From the NCBI GenBank assembly GCA_934085875.1, contig CAKOHQ010000001.1:1-58085 (forward strand): 58,085 bases of DNA, given 5' to 3'. Made by a program: the position numbers and the translations under genes. Shown piece after piece: positions 17,109-27,652 of the stretch (positions are counted from its first letter, which is position 1; the number at the start of each line of letters is the position of its first letter). Source of the stretch: an uncultured Bacilli bacterium. Its GTDB lineage: Bacteria; Bacillota_I; Bacilli_A; RF39; UBA660. Below the pieces are notes generated by a model that worked only from the letters and a program-made list of their open reading frames with translations, was not told the origin of the DNA and ran no database searches.

Positions 17109-17641
17109 TAAAAACTTTTACAGGTCCTATGTTTAGTGGTAAGACAACCGCTCTTTTATCTACTTATTTTAAGATGTGGAATAAAAAAAATATTATGTGT
17201 TTTAAGCCTAGAATTAATACTAGGGATGATGGTATAAAATCTAAAGATATTAAAGATAATGTGGATGCTATATTAATAGATGATTTAAGTGAAATATTAG
17301 ACTATATAAAAAATAATACAAGAACTATATTTATTGATGAAGGTAATTTTTTGAAAGGGGACGTTAGTGTTTTAACAGATTTAAGTATTGATAAGAATAT
17401 TGATATTTATGTATGTGGGTTAAATATGACAAGTGAACAAAAACCTTTTGGGATAATGCCTAATATACTTAGTGTTAGTGATGAAATTGAAATATGTAAG
17501 GGATACTGTACTGAATGTAATAGACCTGCTAGTTATACATATTTTGAAGGTGGAAAGAATAGTGATATAGTTGTTGGTGATAGTGGATATATTACTTTAT
17601 GTGAAGATTGTTTAAGAAAAAGGAGAAAGAGTAATGAGTAG
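17105..17641 (+). CDS. tdk: Thymidine kinase
   Basis: FTGPMFSGKTTALL P-loop, FIDEGNF, and C-terminal zinc knuckles CTECNRPA...CEDC. Confidence 0.9.
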   Translation: MIKTFTGPMFSGKTTALLSTYFKMWNKKNIMCFKPRINTRDDGIKSKDIKDNVDAILIDDLSEILDYIKNNTRTIFIDEGNFLKGDVSVLTDLSIDKNIDIYVCGLNMTSEQKPFGIMPNILSVSDEIEICKGYCTECNRPASYTYFEGGKNSDIVVGDSGYITLCEDCLRKRRKSNE

Positions 17642-18311
17642 AGGTAAGTTGATTGTAATTGAGGGAACAGATTGTAGTGGAAAAGAAACTCAAGCTAAGA
17701 TGTTGTTAAGTAGATTAAGAAATGATGGAGTTAAAATTGAAGAAAGAGCATTTCCTATGTATGATACTCCAACTGGTAAAATAATTGGTGGTGCGCTTTT
17801 AGGGAAAAGTCATATAGGTGAGTCTGTTTTTCCTAATGTAAGCAAACTAAATCCTAAGGTTGCTGCGCTTTATTATGCTGCTGATAGACTTTATAATATT
17901 GATGAAATAAATAAAATGCTTGATGGTGGTATAAACGTTATATTAGATAGATATGTTGAGAGTAATATGGGACATCAGGCTGGTAAATTAAAAGATAAAC
18001 AAGAAAAGTTAGATATGATGAATTGGTTGGAAAGTCTCGAATATGATCTGTTAGAACTTCCTAGACCAGATATGGTATTGTTTTTGTTTATGCCATATCA
18101 ATATACTATTGAACTTAGAAATAAACGTGGAGAAGCACCTGATGAGGTTGAAAAAGATGTAGATTATTTACATAATGCTGAAGAAACATATAGTTTAATG
18201 GCTAGCAAATACAATTACAAGATAATATATTGTGTTGAAGATGAAAGAATAAGAACAATTGAAGAAATAAATAATGATGTTTATGAATATGTTAAGGATA
18301 AGTTAAAATAG
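17634..18311 (+). CDS. tmk: dTMP (thymidylate) kinase family protein
   Basis: LIVIEGTDCSGKETQ P-loop and LDRYVESN (DRY motif). Confidence 0.75.
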   Translation: MSRGKLIVIEGTDCSGKETQAKMLLSRLRNDGVKIEERAFPMYDTPTGKIIGGALLGKSHIGESVFPNVSKLNPKVAALYYAADRLYNIDEINKMLDGGINVILDRYVESNMGHQAGKLKDKQEKLDMMNWLESLEYDLLELPRPDMVLFLFMPYQYTIELRNKRGEAPDEVEKDVDYLHNAEETYSLMASKYNYKIIYCVEDERIRTIEEINNDVYEYVKDKLK

Positions 18312-18357
18312 TTTTGACTTATTCTTTTTTATATAATATTATATTTTTGGTGGTTAT

Positions 18358-19032
18358 ATGAAATATGTTTTAATAACTGGCGGAAGTCAAGGATTAGGTA
18401 AAAGTCTTGTAGATGTTTTTGCTAGCAATTATTATAATGTTATTATTGGTTATTTAAGTAATAAAGATAAGGCTTTAAAATTATGTGAAGAAATTAATAG
18501 TAAATACAATGTAAATTGTATTGCAAAGAAAATTGATATTACTTGTAAAGATGATGTAAAAGATATATTTAATGAATTTGATATAGATATTTTAATAAAT
18601 AATGCTAGTTTATCTATGGATAATTATATTGAAGATAAGAGTTTTGATGAATTTATGAAAGTCGTTGAAGTTAATTTAGGTGGTACTTATATGATGTGTA
18701 AGTATGCTAAAAATGTTAAAGCTGTTGTTAATATTAGTAGTAAAGATGGCATAGATACTTATAGTCCTATTAGTTTAGATTATTCTAGTAGTAAAGCAGG
18801 TATTATTAATTTATCTCGTAATTTAAGTTTATATTATAAAGATAAAAAAATTATTTGTGTTTGTCCTGGTTGGATTAATACAGAAAGTGTAATGAATATG
18901 AATCCTCTTTATTTGAATAATGAGATGAAGAGAATTGGACAGAATGAACTTTTGGATAAAGATTATGTTGCTAACAAGATTTTTGATATAGCAACTGGTG
19001 ATGTAGAAAGTGGAAGTGTTATAGAAATATGA
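18358..19032 (+). CDS. Short-chain dehydrogenase/reductase
   Basis: TGGSQGLG cofactor motif, NNAS, and the YSSSK catalytic YxxxK. Confidence 0.8.
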   Translation: MKYVLITGGSQGLGKSLVDVFASNYYNVIIGYLSNKDKALKLCEEINSKYNVNCIAKKIDITCKDDVKDIFNEFDIDILINNASLSMDNYIEDKSFDEFMKVVEVNLGGTYMMCKYAKNVKAVVNISSKDGIDTYSPISLDYSSSKAGIINLSRNLSLYYKDKKIICVCPGWINTESVMNMNPLYLNNEMKRIGQNELLDKDYVANKIFDIATGDVESGSVIEI

Positions 19033-20264
19033 TAAGAGAAGATATAATTAAGTTAGTAAATGAATGTGAAAATGAATTAAAAAGTGAATTTGATAAAGTA
19101 GATAAAGTTTGTGAAGAAAATACTTTTAAAGTGATGGATGCTTTTAGAAATAATAATGTTAGTGAAGTTCATTTTAATAGTACTACTGGATATGGATATG
19201 GTGATATAGGGCGTGATGTTGTTGAAAAAGTGTATAGTGATATATTTCATACAGAAGCTAGTTTAGTTAGAAATCAATTTATTAGCGCATCTCATGCTTT
19301 GTGTGTATGTTTATTTGGATTATTAAGACCTGGAGATGTTATGTTATCTATTAGTGGTACTCCATATGATACATTGCATGAAGTTATAGGTATAAAAGAG
19401 AATGATAGTAGTTTAATTAGTTTTGGTGTTAAATATGAAGAAATTGATTTAGTTAATGATGATTTTGATTATGATAAGATAGAGTCTGCTTTAAAAAATA
19501 AAAAGTATAAATTAGTACATATTCAAAGAAGTAAAGGTTATAGTACTAGAAAAAGTTTAGTTATTGATAAAGTTAAGAAAGTTATAGAATTAACAAGAAG
19601 TATTGATAAAGATGTAATTATTATGGTTGATAATTGTTATTGTGAATTAGTTAGTAATTTAGAACCTAGTGATGTTGGTGCAGATGTGGTTGTTGGTTCT
19701 TTAATAAAAAATTTGGGTGCTGGAATATGTAATAATGGTGCTTATATTGTTGGAAAGAAAAAATATATTGGATTATGTGCTGAAAGATTAACTTTGCCAG
19801 GAGAGGGAATTGATGTTGGACCTAGTTTAGGTGCTAATAAAGATTTTTTGAAGGGATTATTTTTTGCTCCTAGTGTTGTTAGAAGTAGTTTAAAGGTTTC
19901 AATATTAACTAGTATGGTATTAGAAAAATTAGGATATAATGTAGAACCTAGATATAATGAAGAAAGAGCAGATATAGTAGAAAATATAATATTTAATGAT
20001 AAGGATAAATTAATAAAATATGTACAAGGAATACAAAGTGGCAGTGCAATTGATTCAAATGTTTTACCAATTCCAGTTAAAACACCTGGTTATGATGATG
20101 AAGTTATTATGGCTAGTGGTGCATTTACACAAGGTTCAAGTATTGAAATGAGTTGTGATGGTCCTATAAGAAGTCCTTTTATTGCTTATCAACAGGGTGG
20201 ATTAACTTATGAAACTGGAAAATATACATTAATATGTGCTATAGATTATTTATTAAATAAATAG
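19029..20264 (+). CDS. PLP-dependent Met-gamma-lyase-family protein (YnbB / aluminium-resistance-protein type)
   Basis: TTGYGYGDIGRD and QFISASHAL motifs. 411 aa. Confidence 0.7.
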   Translation: MIREDIIKLVNECENELKSEFDKVDKVCEENTFKVMDAFRNNNVSEVHFNSTTGYGYGDIGRDVVEKVYSDIFHTEASLVRNQFISASHALCVCLFGLLRPGDVMLSISGTPYDTLHEVIGIKENDSSLISFGVKYEEIDLVNDDFDYDKIESALKNKKYKLVHIQRSKGYSTRKSLVIDKVKKVIELTRSIDKDVIIMVDNCYCELVSNLEPSDVGADVVVGSLIKNLGAGICNNGAYIVGKKKYIGLCAERLTLPGEGIDVGPSLGANKDFLKGLFFAPSVVRSSLKVSILTSMVLEKLGYNVEPRYNEERADIVENIIFNDKDKLIKYVQGIQSGSAIDSNVLPIPVKTPGYDDEVIMASGAFTQGSSIEMSCDGPIRSPFIAYQQGGLTYETGKYTLICAIDYLLNK

Positions 20265-20374
20265 TTTGTAGTCGAAATAATAGAAAAAAAGAAATTTTTT
20301 CGAGTGTAGACCGAAAAACTTTTTGACTTTGATAATACATTATATAAAAATATAAGTTATGATGTGAAAAATAC

Positions 20375-20403
20375 TTGCATAAATAATGATTTATGTGTAT
20401 AAT
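20375..20403 (+). promoter_or_regulatory. rpsO promoter (followed by about 85-nt leader)
   Basis: TTGCAT - 17 nt - TATAAT, with TG at -15/-14. Confidence 0.55.
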
Positions 20404-20491
20404 ATCAAATGTAAAAGTTATTTCATGGATTTAATTTACTCCGAATTATATCTATGATATGACGGTTAATAGAAAAATGGAGGTTAATTTT

Positions 20492-20761
20492 ATGGCAGTT
20501 ACAAAAGATAGAAAAGCTGAATTAGTTAAAAAGTTTGGTAAAGACGAAAAAGATACTGGTTCAAGTAAAGTTCAAATAGCTATATTAACAGATGAAATTA
20601 ATGATTTAACTGAACATTTAAAAGTTCATAAACATGATTATCATTCAAAACGTGGATTATTAATGAAAGTTGGTAAGAGACGTAGTTTATTAGACTATTT
20701 AAAAAGAACTGATGTAGTTAGTTATAGAGAACTAATTAAAGAATTAAATATAAGAAAGTAG
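20492..20761 (+). CDS. rpsO: 30S ribosomal protein S15
   Basis: GGAGG RBS plus ATG 20492. [33 protein letters not shown]...[10 protein letters not shown]. The track start at 20459 is too far upstream. Confidence 0.95.
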   Translation: MAVTKDRKAELVKKFGKDEKDTGSSKVQIAILTDEINDLTEHLKVHKHDYHSKRGLLMKVGKRRSLLDYLKRTDVVSYRELIKELNIRK

Positions 20762-20792
20762 GCACATTATTTTTTGTGTCTTTTTATTTTTT
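20760..20792 (+). terminator. rpsO terminator/attenuator before pnp
   Basis: AGGCACA-N8-TGTGTCT hairpin plus a T-run. Confidence 0.55.
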
Positions 20793-20822
20793 GAAAATAT
20801 TGATATTTGTAGGAGGTAAAGA

Positions 20823-22997
20823 ATGGATAAAAATGTTTTTGAATTAGATTTTATGGGGAGAAAATTGGTTGTAGAAAATGGAGAACTTGCTAAACAAAGT
20901 AATGGTGCTGTATTAGTAAGATATGGAGATACAGTTGTTTTAACTGCTGCTGTAATGAGTAATAATGTTAGTACTGCAGATTTTTTTCCTTTAACAGTTG
21001 TATATAATGAAAAATTATATTCTGTTGGTAAGATACCTGGTGGATTTATTAAAAGAGAAGGTAGGCCTAGTGAAAATGCTACATTAGCAGCACGTTTGAT
21101 AGATAGACCTATTAGACCTATGTTTGATGAGAATTTTAGAAATGAAGTACAAGTTATAAATACTATTTTATCAGTAGATCCTGATAATAGTCCTGAAATG
21201 ACTGCTTTATTTGGTTCAAGTTTAGCACTTGGAATATCTAATATTCCTTTTGATGGACCTGTTGCAGGTGTTGTTGTTGGTAAGATTGGTAAGAAGTTTA
21301 TTATTAATCCAACAAGTGAAGAGTTAGAACAAACAGAATTAACATTAACAGTTGCTGGTACTGAAACAGATATTTGTATGATAGAAGCTGGTTGTAAACA
21401 AGTAAGTGAAGAAGTTATGCTTGATGCTTTAGAATTTGGACAAAAAGCAATTAAGAAATTATGTCAATTCCAAAAGAAAATTATTAAGAAAATTGGAGTT
21501 AAGAAAACTGAGGTTGAACTTGCTAGTATTGATCCAGAACTTGAAAAAGCAGTAAGAGAATTTAGTACTAAGGATATGTTAGAGGCTATACAAATAAAAG
21601 ATAAGTTAGAAAAATATGCAAGAATAGATGAAGTTAAAGAAGAGGCAATTAATCATTTTAATGAAATTTATGCTGATAGTGAAGAATTAGAAAGTATTTT
21701 AAAAACAGTTAAAAAGATTGTTGATATGATTGAAGGAGAAGAAGTTAGAAAATTAATAACTGAAGATAAGATTAGACCTGATGGACGTAAGATGGATGAA
21801 ATTAGACCACTTAGTGCTAGAATTGATTTACTTCCTCGTACTCATGGTTCTGCTTTATTTACAAGAGGACAAACTCAAGCTTTATCAACTACTACTTTAG
21901 GTGCTATTGGTGAACATCAAATTTTAGATGGACTTGGGATTGAAGATACTAAGAGATTTATGCTTCATTATAATTTTCCTGCATTTAGTGTTGGTGAAAC
22001 TGGTAGATATGGTAGTCCTGGAAGACGTGAAATTGGTCATGGTGCTTTAGGTGAAAGAGCATTATTACAAGTTATTCCTAGTGAAGAAGAGTTTCCATAT
22101 ACTATTCGTGTAGTTAGTGAAATTTTAGAAAGTAATGGAAGTTCTAGTCAAGCAAGTATATGTGCTGGATGTTTATCTTTAATGGCTGCAGGTGTTCCTA
22201 TTAAAGCGCCAGTTGCTGGTATTGCTATGGGACTTATTACTAAAGGTGATAAGTATACAATACTTACAGATATTCAAGGTTTAGAAGACCACATGGGTGA
22301 TATGGACTTTAAAGTTGCTGGTACTAGAGATGGTATTTGTGCTTTACAAATGGATATTAAAATTAAAGGTGTTACACGTGAAATATTGAAAGAAGCTTTA
22401 GCTCAAGCTAAAAAAGCTAGAATGGAAATTCTTGATTTGATGGAAACAGTTATTAGTGAACCTAGAAAAGAATTAAGTCCTTATGCTCCTAAGATTGCAA
22501 CATTTAATATAGACCCTGAAAAGATTAAAGATGTTATTGGTCGTGGTGGAGAAATGATTACTAAAATAATACTTGATGCAAGTAATGTTAAAACTGTTAA
22601 CGATAAAGATGCTGTTAAAGTTGATTTAGAAGATGATGGTAGAGTTATTATATATCATACAGACCAAAATGTAATTGATAAAACCGCAGAAATGATTAAA
22701 AATATTGTTAGAGAAGTAGAAAACGGTAAAACATATACTGGTAAAGTTGTTAAGGTTGAAGAATTTGGTTGTTTTGTAGAACTTTGGCCAGGATGTGAAG
22801 GATTAGTACACGTTTCACAACTTGCTCATGAAAGAGTTGAAAAAACTAGTGATGTTGTTAAAGTTGGAGATGAAATCATTGTTAAATCTTTAGGATATGA
22901 TAATCGTGGAAGATTAAATTTAAGTCGTAAGGATGCTTTACCAAAACCTAAGAAAAAAGAAGATAAGGGTAAAGATAAAAAGAAAAAAGATGAATAG
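20823..22997 (+). CDS. pnp: Polyribonucleotide nucleotidyltransferase (PNPase)
   Basis: FFPLTV, two RNase PH domains, [11 protein letters not shown], and KH plus S1 domains ([15 protein letters not shown]). Confidence 0.97.
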   Translation: MDKNVFELDFMGRKLVVENGELAKQSNGAVLVRYGDTVVLTAAVMSNNVSTADFFPLTVVYNEKLYSVGKIPGGFIKREGRPSENATLAARLIDRPIRPMFDENFRNEVQVINTILSVDPDNSPEMTALFGSSLALGISNIPFDGPVAGVVVGKIGKKFIINPTSEELEQTELTLTVAGTETDICMIEAGCKQVSEEVMLDALEFGQKAIKKLCQFQKKIIKKIGVKKTEVELASIDPELEKAVREFSTKDMLEAIQIKDKLEKYARIDEVKEEAINHFNEIYADSEELESILKTVKKIVDMIEGEEVRKLITEDKIRPDGRKMDEIRPLSARIDLLPRTHGSALFTRGQTQALSTTTLGAIGEHQILDGLGIEDTKRFMLHYNFPAFSVGETGRYGSPGRREIGHGALGERALLQVIPSEEEFPYTIRVVSEILESNGSSSQASICAGCLSLMAAGVPIKAPVAGIAMGLITKGDKYTILTDIQGLEDHMGDMDFKVAGTRDGICALQMDIKIKGVTREILKEALAQAKKARMEILDLMETVISEPRKELSPYAPKIATFNIDPEKIKDVIGRGGEMITKIILDASNVKTVNDKDAVKVDLEDDGRVIIYHTDQNVIDKTAEMIKNIVREVENGKTYTGKVVKVEEFGCFVELWPGCEGLVHVSQLAHERVEKTSDVVKVGDEIIVKSLGYDNRGRLNLSRKDALPKPKKKEDKGKDKKKKDE

Positions 22998-23229
22998 AGA
23001 AATAAAAATTGGAGAAGTTTATAAACATTTTAAAGGTCACGTTGTTCGAATAGTTTGTATCGCTAAAAATACAGAAACTATTGAAGAAGAAGTAGTTTAT
23101 TACCATATTAAAAATAAAGAATATTGGGTAAGACCTCTTAGTATGTTTAATTCATTAGTAGATAAAGATAAATATCCTGATGTTAAACAAGTTTATAGAT
23201 TTCTAAAAATAGAGTCTGATAGTGAATAG
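22990..23229 (+). CDS. DUF1653-like small protein
   Basis: ATG 22990 overlaps the pnp stop. [32 protein letters not shown] matches the DUF1653 pattern. Confidence 0.55.
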   Translation: MNREIKIGEVYKHFKGHVVRIVCIAKNTETIEEEVVYYHIKNKEYWVRPLSMFNSLVDKDKYPDVKQVYRFLKIESDSE

Positions 23230-23243
23230 TTATCAGACTTTTT
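23213..23243 (+). terminator. Intrinsic terminator
   Basis: AGTCTGATA-N9-TATCAGACT hairpin plus T4, spanning the stop codon. Confidence 0.6.
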
Positions 23244-23256
23244 AATATAATTTAAT

Positions 23257-23871
23257 ATGAATAATTTTGTAATAAATATAATGAATAAATATGGATATTT
23301 AGGAATACTTTTTTTAATAACAATAGAAAATATATTTCCTCCTATACCTAGTGAGGTTATACTTACTTTAGGTGGATTTATGACTAGTAAATATGGAATT
23401 AATATGTCTTTATTTGGTGTTATAATGTATTCTACTTTTGGTAGTATGTTGGGTGCTATAATACTTTACTATATAGGTTATGTTTTTAATAAAGATAGAC
23501 TTTTAAAAATAGTTAGAAGTAGAGTAGGAAAAATACTTTGCTTAAAAGAAAGTGATATTGTAAAAAGTGATAATAGTTTTAATAAAAATGGTGATTTAAC
23601 AGTATTATATTGTCGCTTTATACCTATTGTTAGAAGTTTAATAAGTATACCAGCTGGTGTTAATAAAATGAAATTTAGTATATTTTTATTATATACATTT
23701 GTAGGTTCTTTAATATGGAATACAGTATTAGTTAGTTTAGGTAAATTAGTTGGAGAAAATTATATGGTAGTAGCAGGAGTGTTTAGTAAATATAGTAAAA
23801 TTATATTAATATTATTAATTTGTTTGATTGTGTATAAAATTATAAAGAAAATAAAAAAAGATAAAATTTAA
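23257..23871 (+). CDS. DedA-family membrane protein
   Basis: ENIFPPIPSEVIL motif in a polytopic protein of about 200 aa. Confidence 0.7.
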   Translation: MNNFVINIMNKYGYLGILFLITIENIFPPIPSEVILTLGGFMTSKYGINMSLFGVIMYSTFGSMLGAIILYYIGYVFNKDRLLKIVRSRVGKILCLKESDIVKSDNSFNKNGDLTVLYCRFIPIVRSLISIPAGVNKMKFSIFLLYTFVGSLIWNTVLVSLGKLVGENYMVVAGVFSKYSKIILILLICLIVYKIIKKIKKDKI

Positions 23872-23991
23872 CGATGAAAGATAATAAAAATTATATATTT
23901 GTGTAAAAGAATATAAAAAAGTGAAGAATAATTTAAAATTACTTTAATTTAATAAAAATATAGTATATAATTGATAATAGGTGATAAGGAA

Positions 23992-25116
23992 ATGATATAT
24001 TTAGATTATTCTGCAACGACACCAGTATTACCTGAAGTGTTAGATAGTTATAATAAAGTTACTAATGAGTATTTTGGTAATCCTAATAGTTTACATAATT
24101 TAGGATTAAAATCTAGAGAATTATTAAATAGTGCTACTAGACAGGTTAGTGAACTTTTAAATATAGATGTTAGTGAATTTAGTTTTACAAGTGGTGCAAC
24201 AGAAAGTAATAATTTAGCTATTATAGGTGCTTGTTTAGCTAATAAAGATAAGGGAAATCATATAATAGTTTCTAAGTTAGAGCATCCTAGTATATATAAA
24301 ATTGTTGATTATTTAGTTAGTATAGGTTTTAAAGTTAGCTATGTTAATAATACTGTTGAGGGTGTTATTGATTTTGAGGATTTAAAAAGAAAGATGAATG
24401 AAGATACTATATTAGTTAGTATATGTGCTGTTAATAGTGAAACTGGTATTAGACAACCTTTAAGAACTATAAAACAAGTTATTAATAAATATAATAAGAA
24501 TATATTATTACATTCTGATATAACACAAGCGTTAGGTAAAGTTAGTATTAATTTTAATGATTTTGATTTAGCGAGTGCTAGTGGTCATAAAATATATGCT
24601 CCTAAAGGAATAGGTTTGTTTTATAAAAAGAAAAATGTTAAATGTCAAAAGTTATTACATGGTACAGATGAATCTTATCATCCTGGTACTCCAGCACTTC
24701 CATTAATAGTTTCATTTAGTAAAGCATTACGTATAAGTTTACATGAATTGGATAAAAAATTGGAAATAGTTAGTAAATGGAATGAAAAATTAGTTAAGAA
24801 ATTAAGTACTTATCCTAATATTAAAATTAATCAAAGTAAATATTCAATTCCTCATATTTTAAATATAAGTTTAATGGATATTAAACCAGAAACTTTTATA
24901 CATGCTATGGAAAGACATGAAATATATATATCAAGTAATACTGCTTGTAGTAGTGGTAAGTTATCTACCAGTGTAATGGCTTTGTATAATGATAGATTGA
25001 GAGCAGAAACTACTATAAGAATAAGTTTATCTTGTATGACTAAATTAGAAGAAATAACTGTGTTTATTAATACTTTTAATGGTGTATATGAAAAGTTGCA
25101 TAGTTTAAATGAATAA
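23992..25116 (+). CDS. Cysteine desulfurase (NifS/IscS class V aminotransferase)
   Basis: MIYLDYSATTP, ASGHKIYAPKGIG (PLP lysine), and the SSNTACSSG active-site Cys loop. Confidence 0.85.
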   Translation: MIYLDYSATTPVLPEVLDSYNKVTNEYFGNPNSLHNLGLKSRELLNSATRQVSELLNIDVSEFSFTSGATESNNLAIIGACLANKDKGNHIIVSKLEHPSIYKIVDYLVSIGFKVSYVNNTVEGVIDFEDLKRKMNEDTILVSICAVNSETGIRQPLRTIKQVINKYNKNILLHSDITQALGKVSINFNDFDLASASGHKIYAPKGIGLFYKKKNVKCQKLLHGTDESYHPGTPALPLIVSFSKALRISLHELDKKLEIVSKWNEKLVKKLSTYPNIKINQSKYSIPHILNISLMDIKPETFIHAMERHEIYISSNTACSSGKLSTSVMALYNDRLRAETTIRISLSCMTKLEEITVFINTFNGVYEKLHSLNE

Positions 25117-25122
25117 AAAAAT

Positions 25123-25148
25123 ATCTACTATTTGTTAGTAGATTTTTA
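25123..25148. terminator. Bidirectional terminator between convergent genes
   Basis: ATCTACTA-TTTGT-TAGTAGAT hairpin flanked by A and T runs. Confidence 0.6.
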
Positions 25149-25559
25149 TATGAATAAATTTTCATAATATTTAATATCATATTCACTTTGAAGAATACAT
25201 AAATCATTTTTTATTTTAAAAGTATGAAATATATTATTTGATTTTAATAAAAAGGGTAGAGATTTACCATTTTTAAAATTAATAATTATACTTTCTATAT
25301 TTTTTTCATTTTTTATTAAATTAAATGCATTTTCTTCTAATTGTTTATTTGTTAAATTATATTCTATAGTTTTATTTTTTAGTTTTATCATAAAGAAATT
25401 ACTTATTAGAGAATTAGTATTATTTTCTTTATATGGGATTTCATCACCGTTTGAATCAATATTAGATATGTATAGTTTATCAAACATTTTATTATTAGCG
25501 ATAATTGTCTTGTTGTTGTCTAAATTAATAATAATATTGTTTATTGATTCATTAGTCAT
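25146..25559 (-). CDS. Hypothetical protein (137 aa)
   Basis: AGGTGA RBS 4 nt before the ATG at 25559. The longer track ORF would overlap the upstream gene. Confidence 0.45.
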   Translation of the reverse strand: MTNESINNIIINLDNNKTIIANNKMFDKLYISNIDSNGDEIPYKENNTNSLISNFFMIKLKNKTIEYNLTNKQLEENAFNLIKNEKNIESIIINFKNGKSLPFLLKSNNIFHTFKIKNDLCILQSEYDIKYYENLFI

Positions 25560-25645
25560 ATTATCACCTAAATTAATTATAGTACAAATTTTATGTTTTT
25601 GTCTATTAAAAAAACACAATATTTTTAAATTATTGTATTTATATT

Positions 25646-26773
25646 TTAAAGTGGACTTTCTTCTTTCCAATCCATGAAGTTAAGAACTTTATTTTTTATA
25701 TTTTCATCTTCAATGGGAGCTGGTTGGTAATTATTACTTTTACCTGTATATACATAACATGGTATTATGTTTGATTCTTTGTTTATTAATGAATTGTTAT
25801 TATCTATTGTGAGATTTATTTGATATATAATTGTTCTATTTTCAGGATTTTTACTGCCACCATAACAGAAATTGCCTAAAGAATATATTATTTCTTTGTC
25901 TTTATATATTTCTCTAGGTTGCAATACGTGTGGGTGACTACCTATAACTAGATCGGCACCATTGTCAATTAGTTTTCTTGTGGCATTTATTTTCCATTCT
26001 TCTGGTTTGTGAATTCTTTCTTGTCCTCCGTGGAAAAAAACTATTTGGTAATCTGATTTTTTTTCTGCTTCTTTAATTAATGTAATAATTTCATTTGCTT
26101 GTGATTCTATCCACAATCCTTTGCATATAACAGCAATAACGTAATTATTTTTTTTAAAGTACATGATGTTGTTGTAGTCTCCATATTGCATATTAGTTTT
26201 AGATATAGTATTAATTGTATCTTGTTTTCCAAGTGGTCCATAGTCATTAGAATGATTGTTAGAAATAGAAACACCTTCTACGCTTGATGAAGTTAATATA
26301 TTTATATTATCTGTTTTTGATTTATACCAATAAGCTGGTTCAGTATTTTTATTGATTTCTGTTAAAGGCTGGTCTGTTAGAACATTTTCTAAATTTACAA
26401 TAGTAAAATCATCTTCTTTAAAAATGTTATTAACTTTACTAAGAAAGTATGAAGATTCTTTATTATTAGCATATTCATTAAAACTACCTGGTGTAGTTTG
26501 ATCTTTATATGATGCTAGCATAATATCACCAGTAAATGATAGTTTTATATTATAAGTTTTGTTTATATTATTATTTGTAGTTTTTTCATTTTTTGTACTT
26601 TTATTATTTTCTAATTTAATTTTTTCTTTACTTATTTCTTCTTTTGCTATTTTTATATAATTTTCATATACTTTTTTTGATTGATTTTCAAAATATAATT
26701 TAGATACAAAAATAGTTGAAATAAATGTTAAGAAATATAAAATTATATATGTTATTAGTGTTTTTCTTTTCAT
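25646..26773 (-). CDS. CapA-family metallophosphoesterase-like protein
   Basis: N-terminal TM segment. LSFTGDIMLA, SISNNHSNDYG, FFHGGQE and GADLVIGSHPHVLQP motifs. Confidence 0.75.
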   Translation of the reverse strand: MKRKTLITYIILYFLTFISTIFVSKLYFENQSKKVYENYIKIAKEEISKEKIKLENNKSTKNEKTTNNNINKTYNIKLSFTGDIMLASYKDQTTPGSFNEYANNKESSYFLSKVNNIFKEDDFTIVNLENVLTDQPLTEINKNTEPAYWYKSKTDNINILTSSSVEGVSISNNHSNDYGPLGKQDTINTISKTNMQYGDYNNIMYFKKNNYVIAVICKGLWIESQANEIITLIKEAEKKSDYQIVFFHGGQERIHKPEEWKINATRKLIDNGADLVIGSHPHVLQPREIYKDKEIIYSLGNFCYGGSKNPENRTIIYQINLTIDNNNSLINKESNIIPCYVYTGKSNNYQPAPIEDENIKNKVLNFMDWKEESPL

Positions 26774-26933
26774 ATAATCATTATCCTTATATTTTTAATT
26801 ATATGTTATAGTTTTATTGGTGTCAAATATAATTATTTGTATAATTTTAGGTTTAAAAGATATTAATTTTTGCTAATTTAGGGCTTCACAAATTATTAAT
26901 TGTATGTTATATTAGTTAAGTAAATTTATTTGT

Positions 26934-27010
26934 GCGCTCATAGCTCAATTGGATAGAGCGTTAGACTACGGATCTAAAGGTTAGGGGTTCGACTCCCTTT
27001 GGGCGCACCA
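26934..27010 (+). tRNA. tRNA-Arg (anticodon ACG)
   Basis: Manual cloverleaf: acceptor GCGCTCA/TGGGCGC, anticodon loop CTACGGA, T-loop TTCGACT, encoded CCA. Confidence 0.9.
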
Positions 27011-27036
27011 TTTTTTGTTTTTTATTCATGAGAAAG

Positions 27037-27057
27037 AGTACAATTTGTACTTTTTTT
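27037..27057 (+). terminator. Terminator after tRNA-Arg
   Basis: AGTACA-ATT-TGTACT hairpin plus T7. Confidence 0.55.
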
Positions 27058-27506
27058 ACATATTTGTTTGTGTTTGTTACATAGTATATAATGTATTATA
27101 TTTAATTTTGTATTTTATAATTTATGCTTTGTATATTAAAAATACTTGTATTTTAAATATAATATGATATAATTTAATTGTGATAAGTTTACTTGTCAAA
27201 TTAAAAAGAGATATTTAATCCAGCAAAATTAGGTGTCTCCTTAGTATTTTGTTTTTTGTAAGTTAGCACCTACATATGATGAGTAGGTGTTATTTTTTAA
27301 TCCTTGAAGTTCATTAAACGTTCTAATACTATCAATATTAATATATTTTTTTACATATTTATTTACATTTGTTACATAATATATAATGTATTGTATTTAA
27401 TTTTGTATTTTAAATTTATGCTTTATATATTAAAAATACTTGTATTTTAAATACAATATGATATAATTTAGTTGTGATAAGTTTACTTGTCAAATTAAAA
27501 AGAGAT
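27051..27506 (+). repeat. Two direct copies of about 160 bp (27051-27212 and 27346-27506), period about 295 bp
   Basis: Near-identical strings TTTTTTTACATATTT...TACTTGTATTTTAAATA.AATATGATATAATTTA.TTGTGATAAGTTTACTTGTCAAATTAAAAAGAGATA. Confidence 0.9.
27180..27298 (+). ncRNA. sRNA, family B copy 1 (partner ORF truncated)
   Basis: TTGTAT (27146) - 16 nt - TGaTATAAT (27165-27173). Terminator CACCTAC-N8-GTAGGTG plus a U-run (27268-27298). Contains GGUGUCUCCUUAG (an anti-SD-like UCUCC). Confidence 0.55.
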
Positions 27507-27578
27507 ACAATTTTGGCTTAGATGTATCTCCACAATGTGGGTTGCACCTAATTATATAGGTGCTTTTATTTTTATTTT
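27474..27578 (+). ncRNA. sRNA, family B copy 2 (antitoxin candidate)
   Basis: TTGTAT (27440) - 16 nt - TGaTATAAT (27459-27467). Terminator GCACCTA-ATTATA-TAGGTGC plus a U-run, shared with the convergent ORF transcript. Confidence 0.55.
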
Positions 27579-27652
27579 AATATGATTGCAAGGACTACAA
27601 TGATGAAAGGAATTAATGAAAGTATTAATACAACTGCCATTAAGTATTCCAT
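27572..27652 (-). CDS. 26-aa hydrophobic peptide (Fst-like type I toxin candidate, family B)
   Basis: Product MEYLMAVVLILSLIPFIIVVLAIILK. Transcription unit TTGTAA-17-TATAAT (27782-27754). The 5' UTR segment ACCUCC can pair with the SD GAGGAGGU. The stop lies 8 nt from the bidirectional terminator. No SD sits directly before this ATG; the strong SD serves an overlapping frame starting at 27686. Confidence 0.45.
   Translation of the reverse strand: MEYLMAVVLILSLIPFIIVVLAIILK

Noticed and set aside
25559-25670. N-terminal 37 codons of the 174-aa track ORF
   Set aside because: This extension overlaps the 3' end of the CapA-like gene and lacks an RBS. An AGGTGA-supported ATG at 25559 gives a non-overlapping gene.
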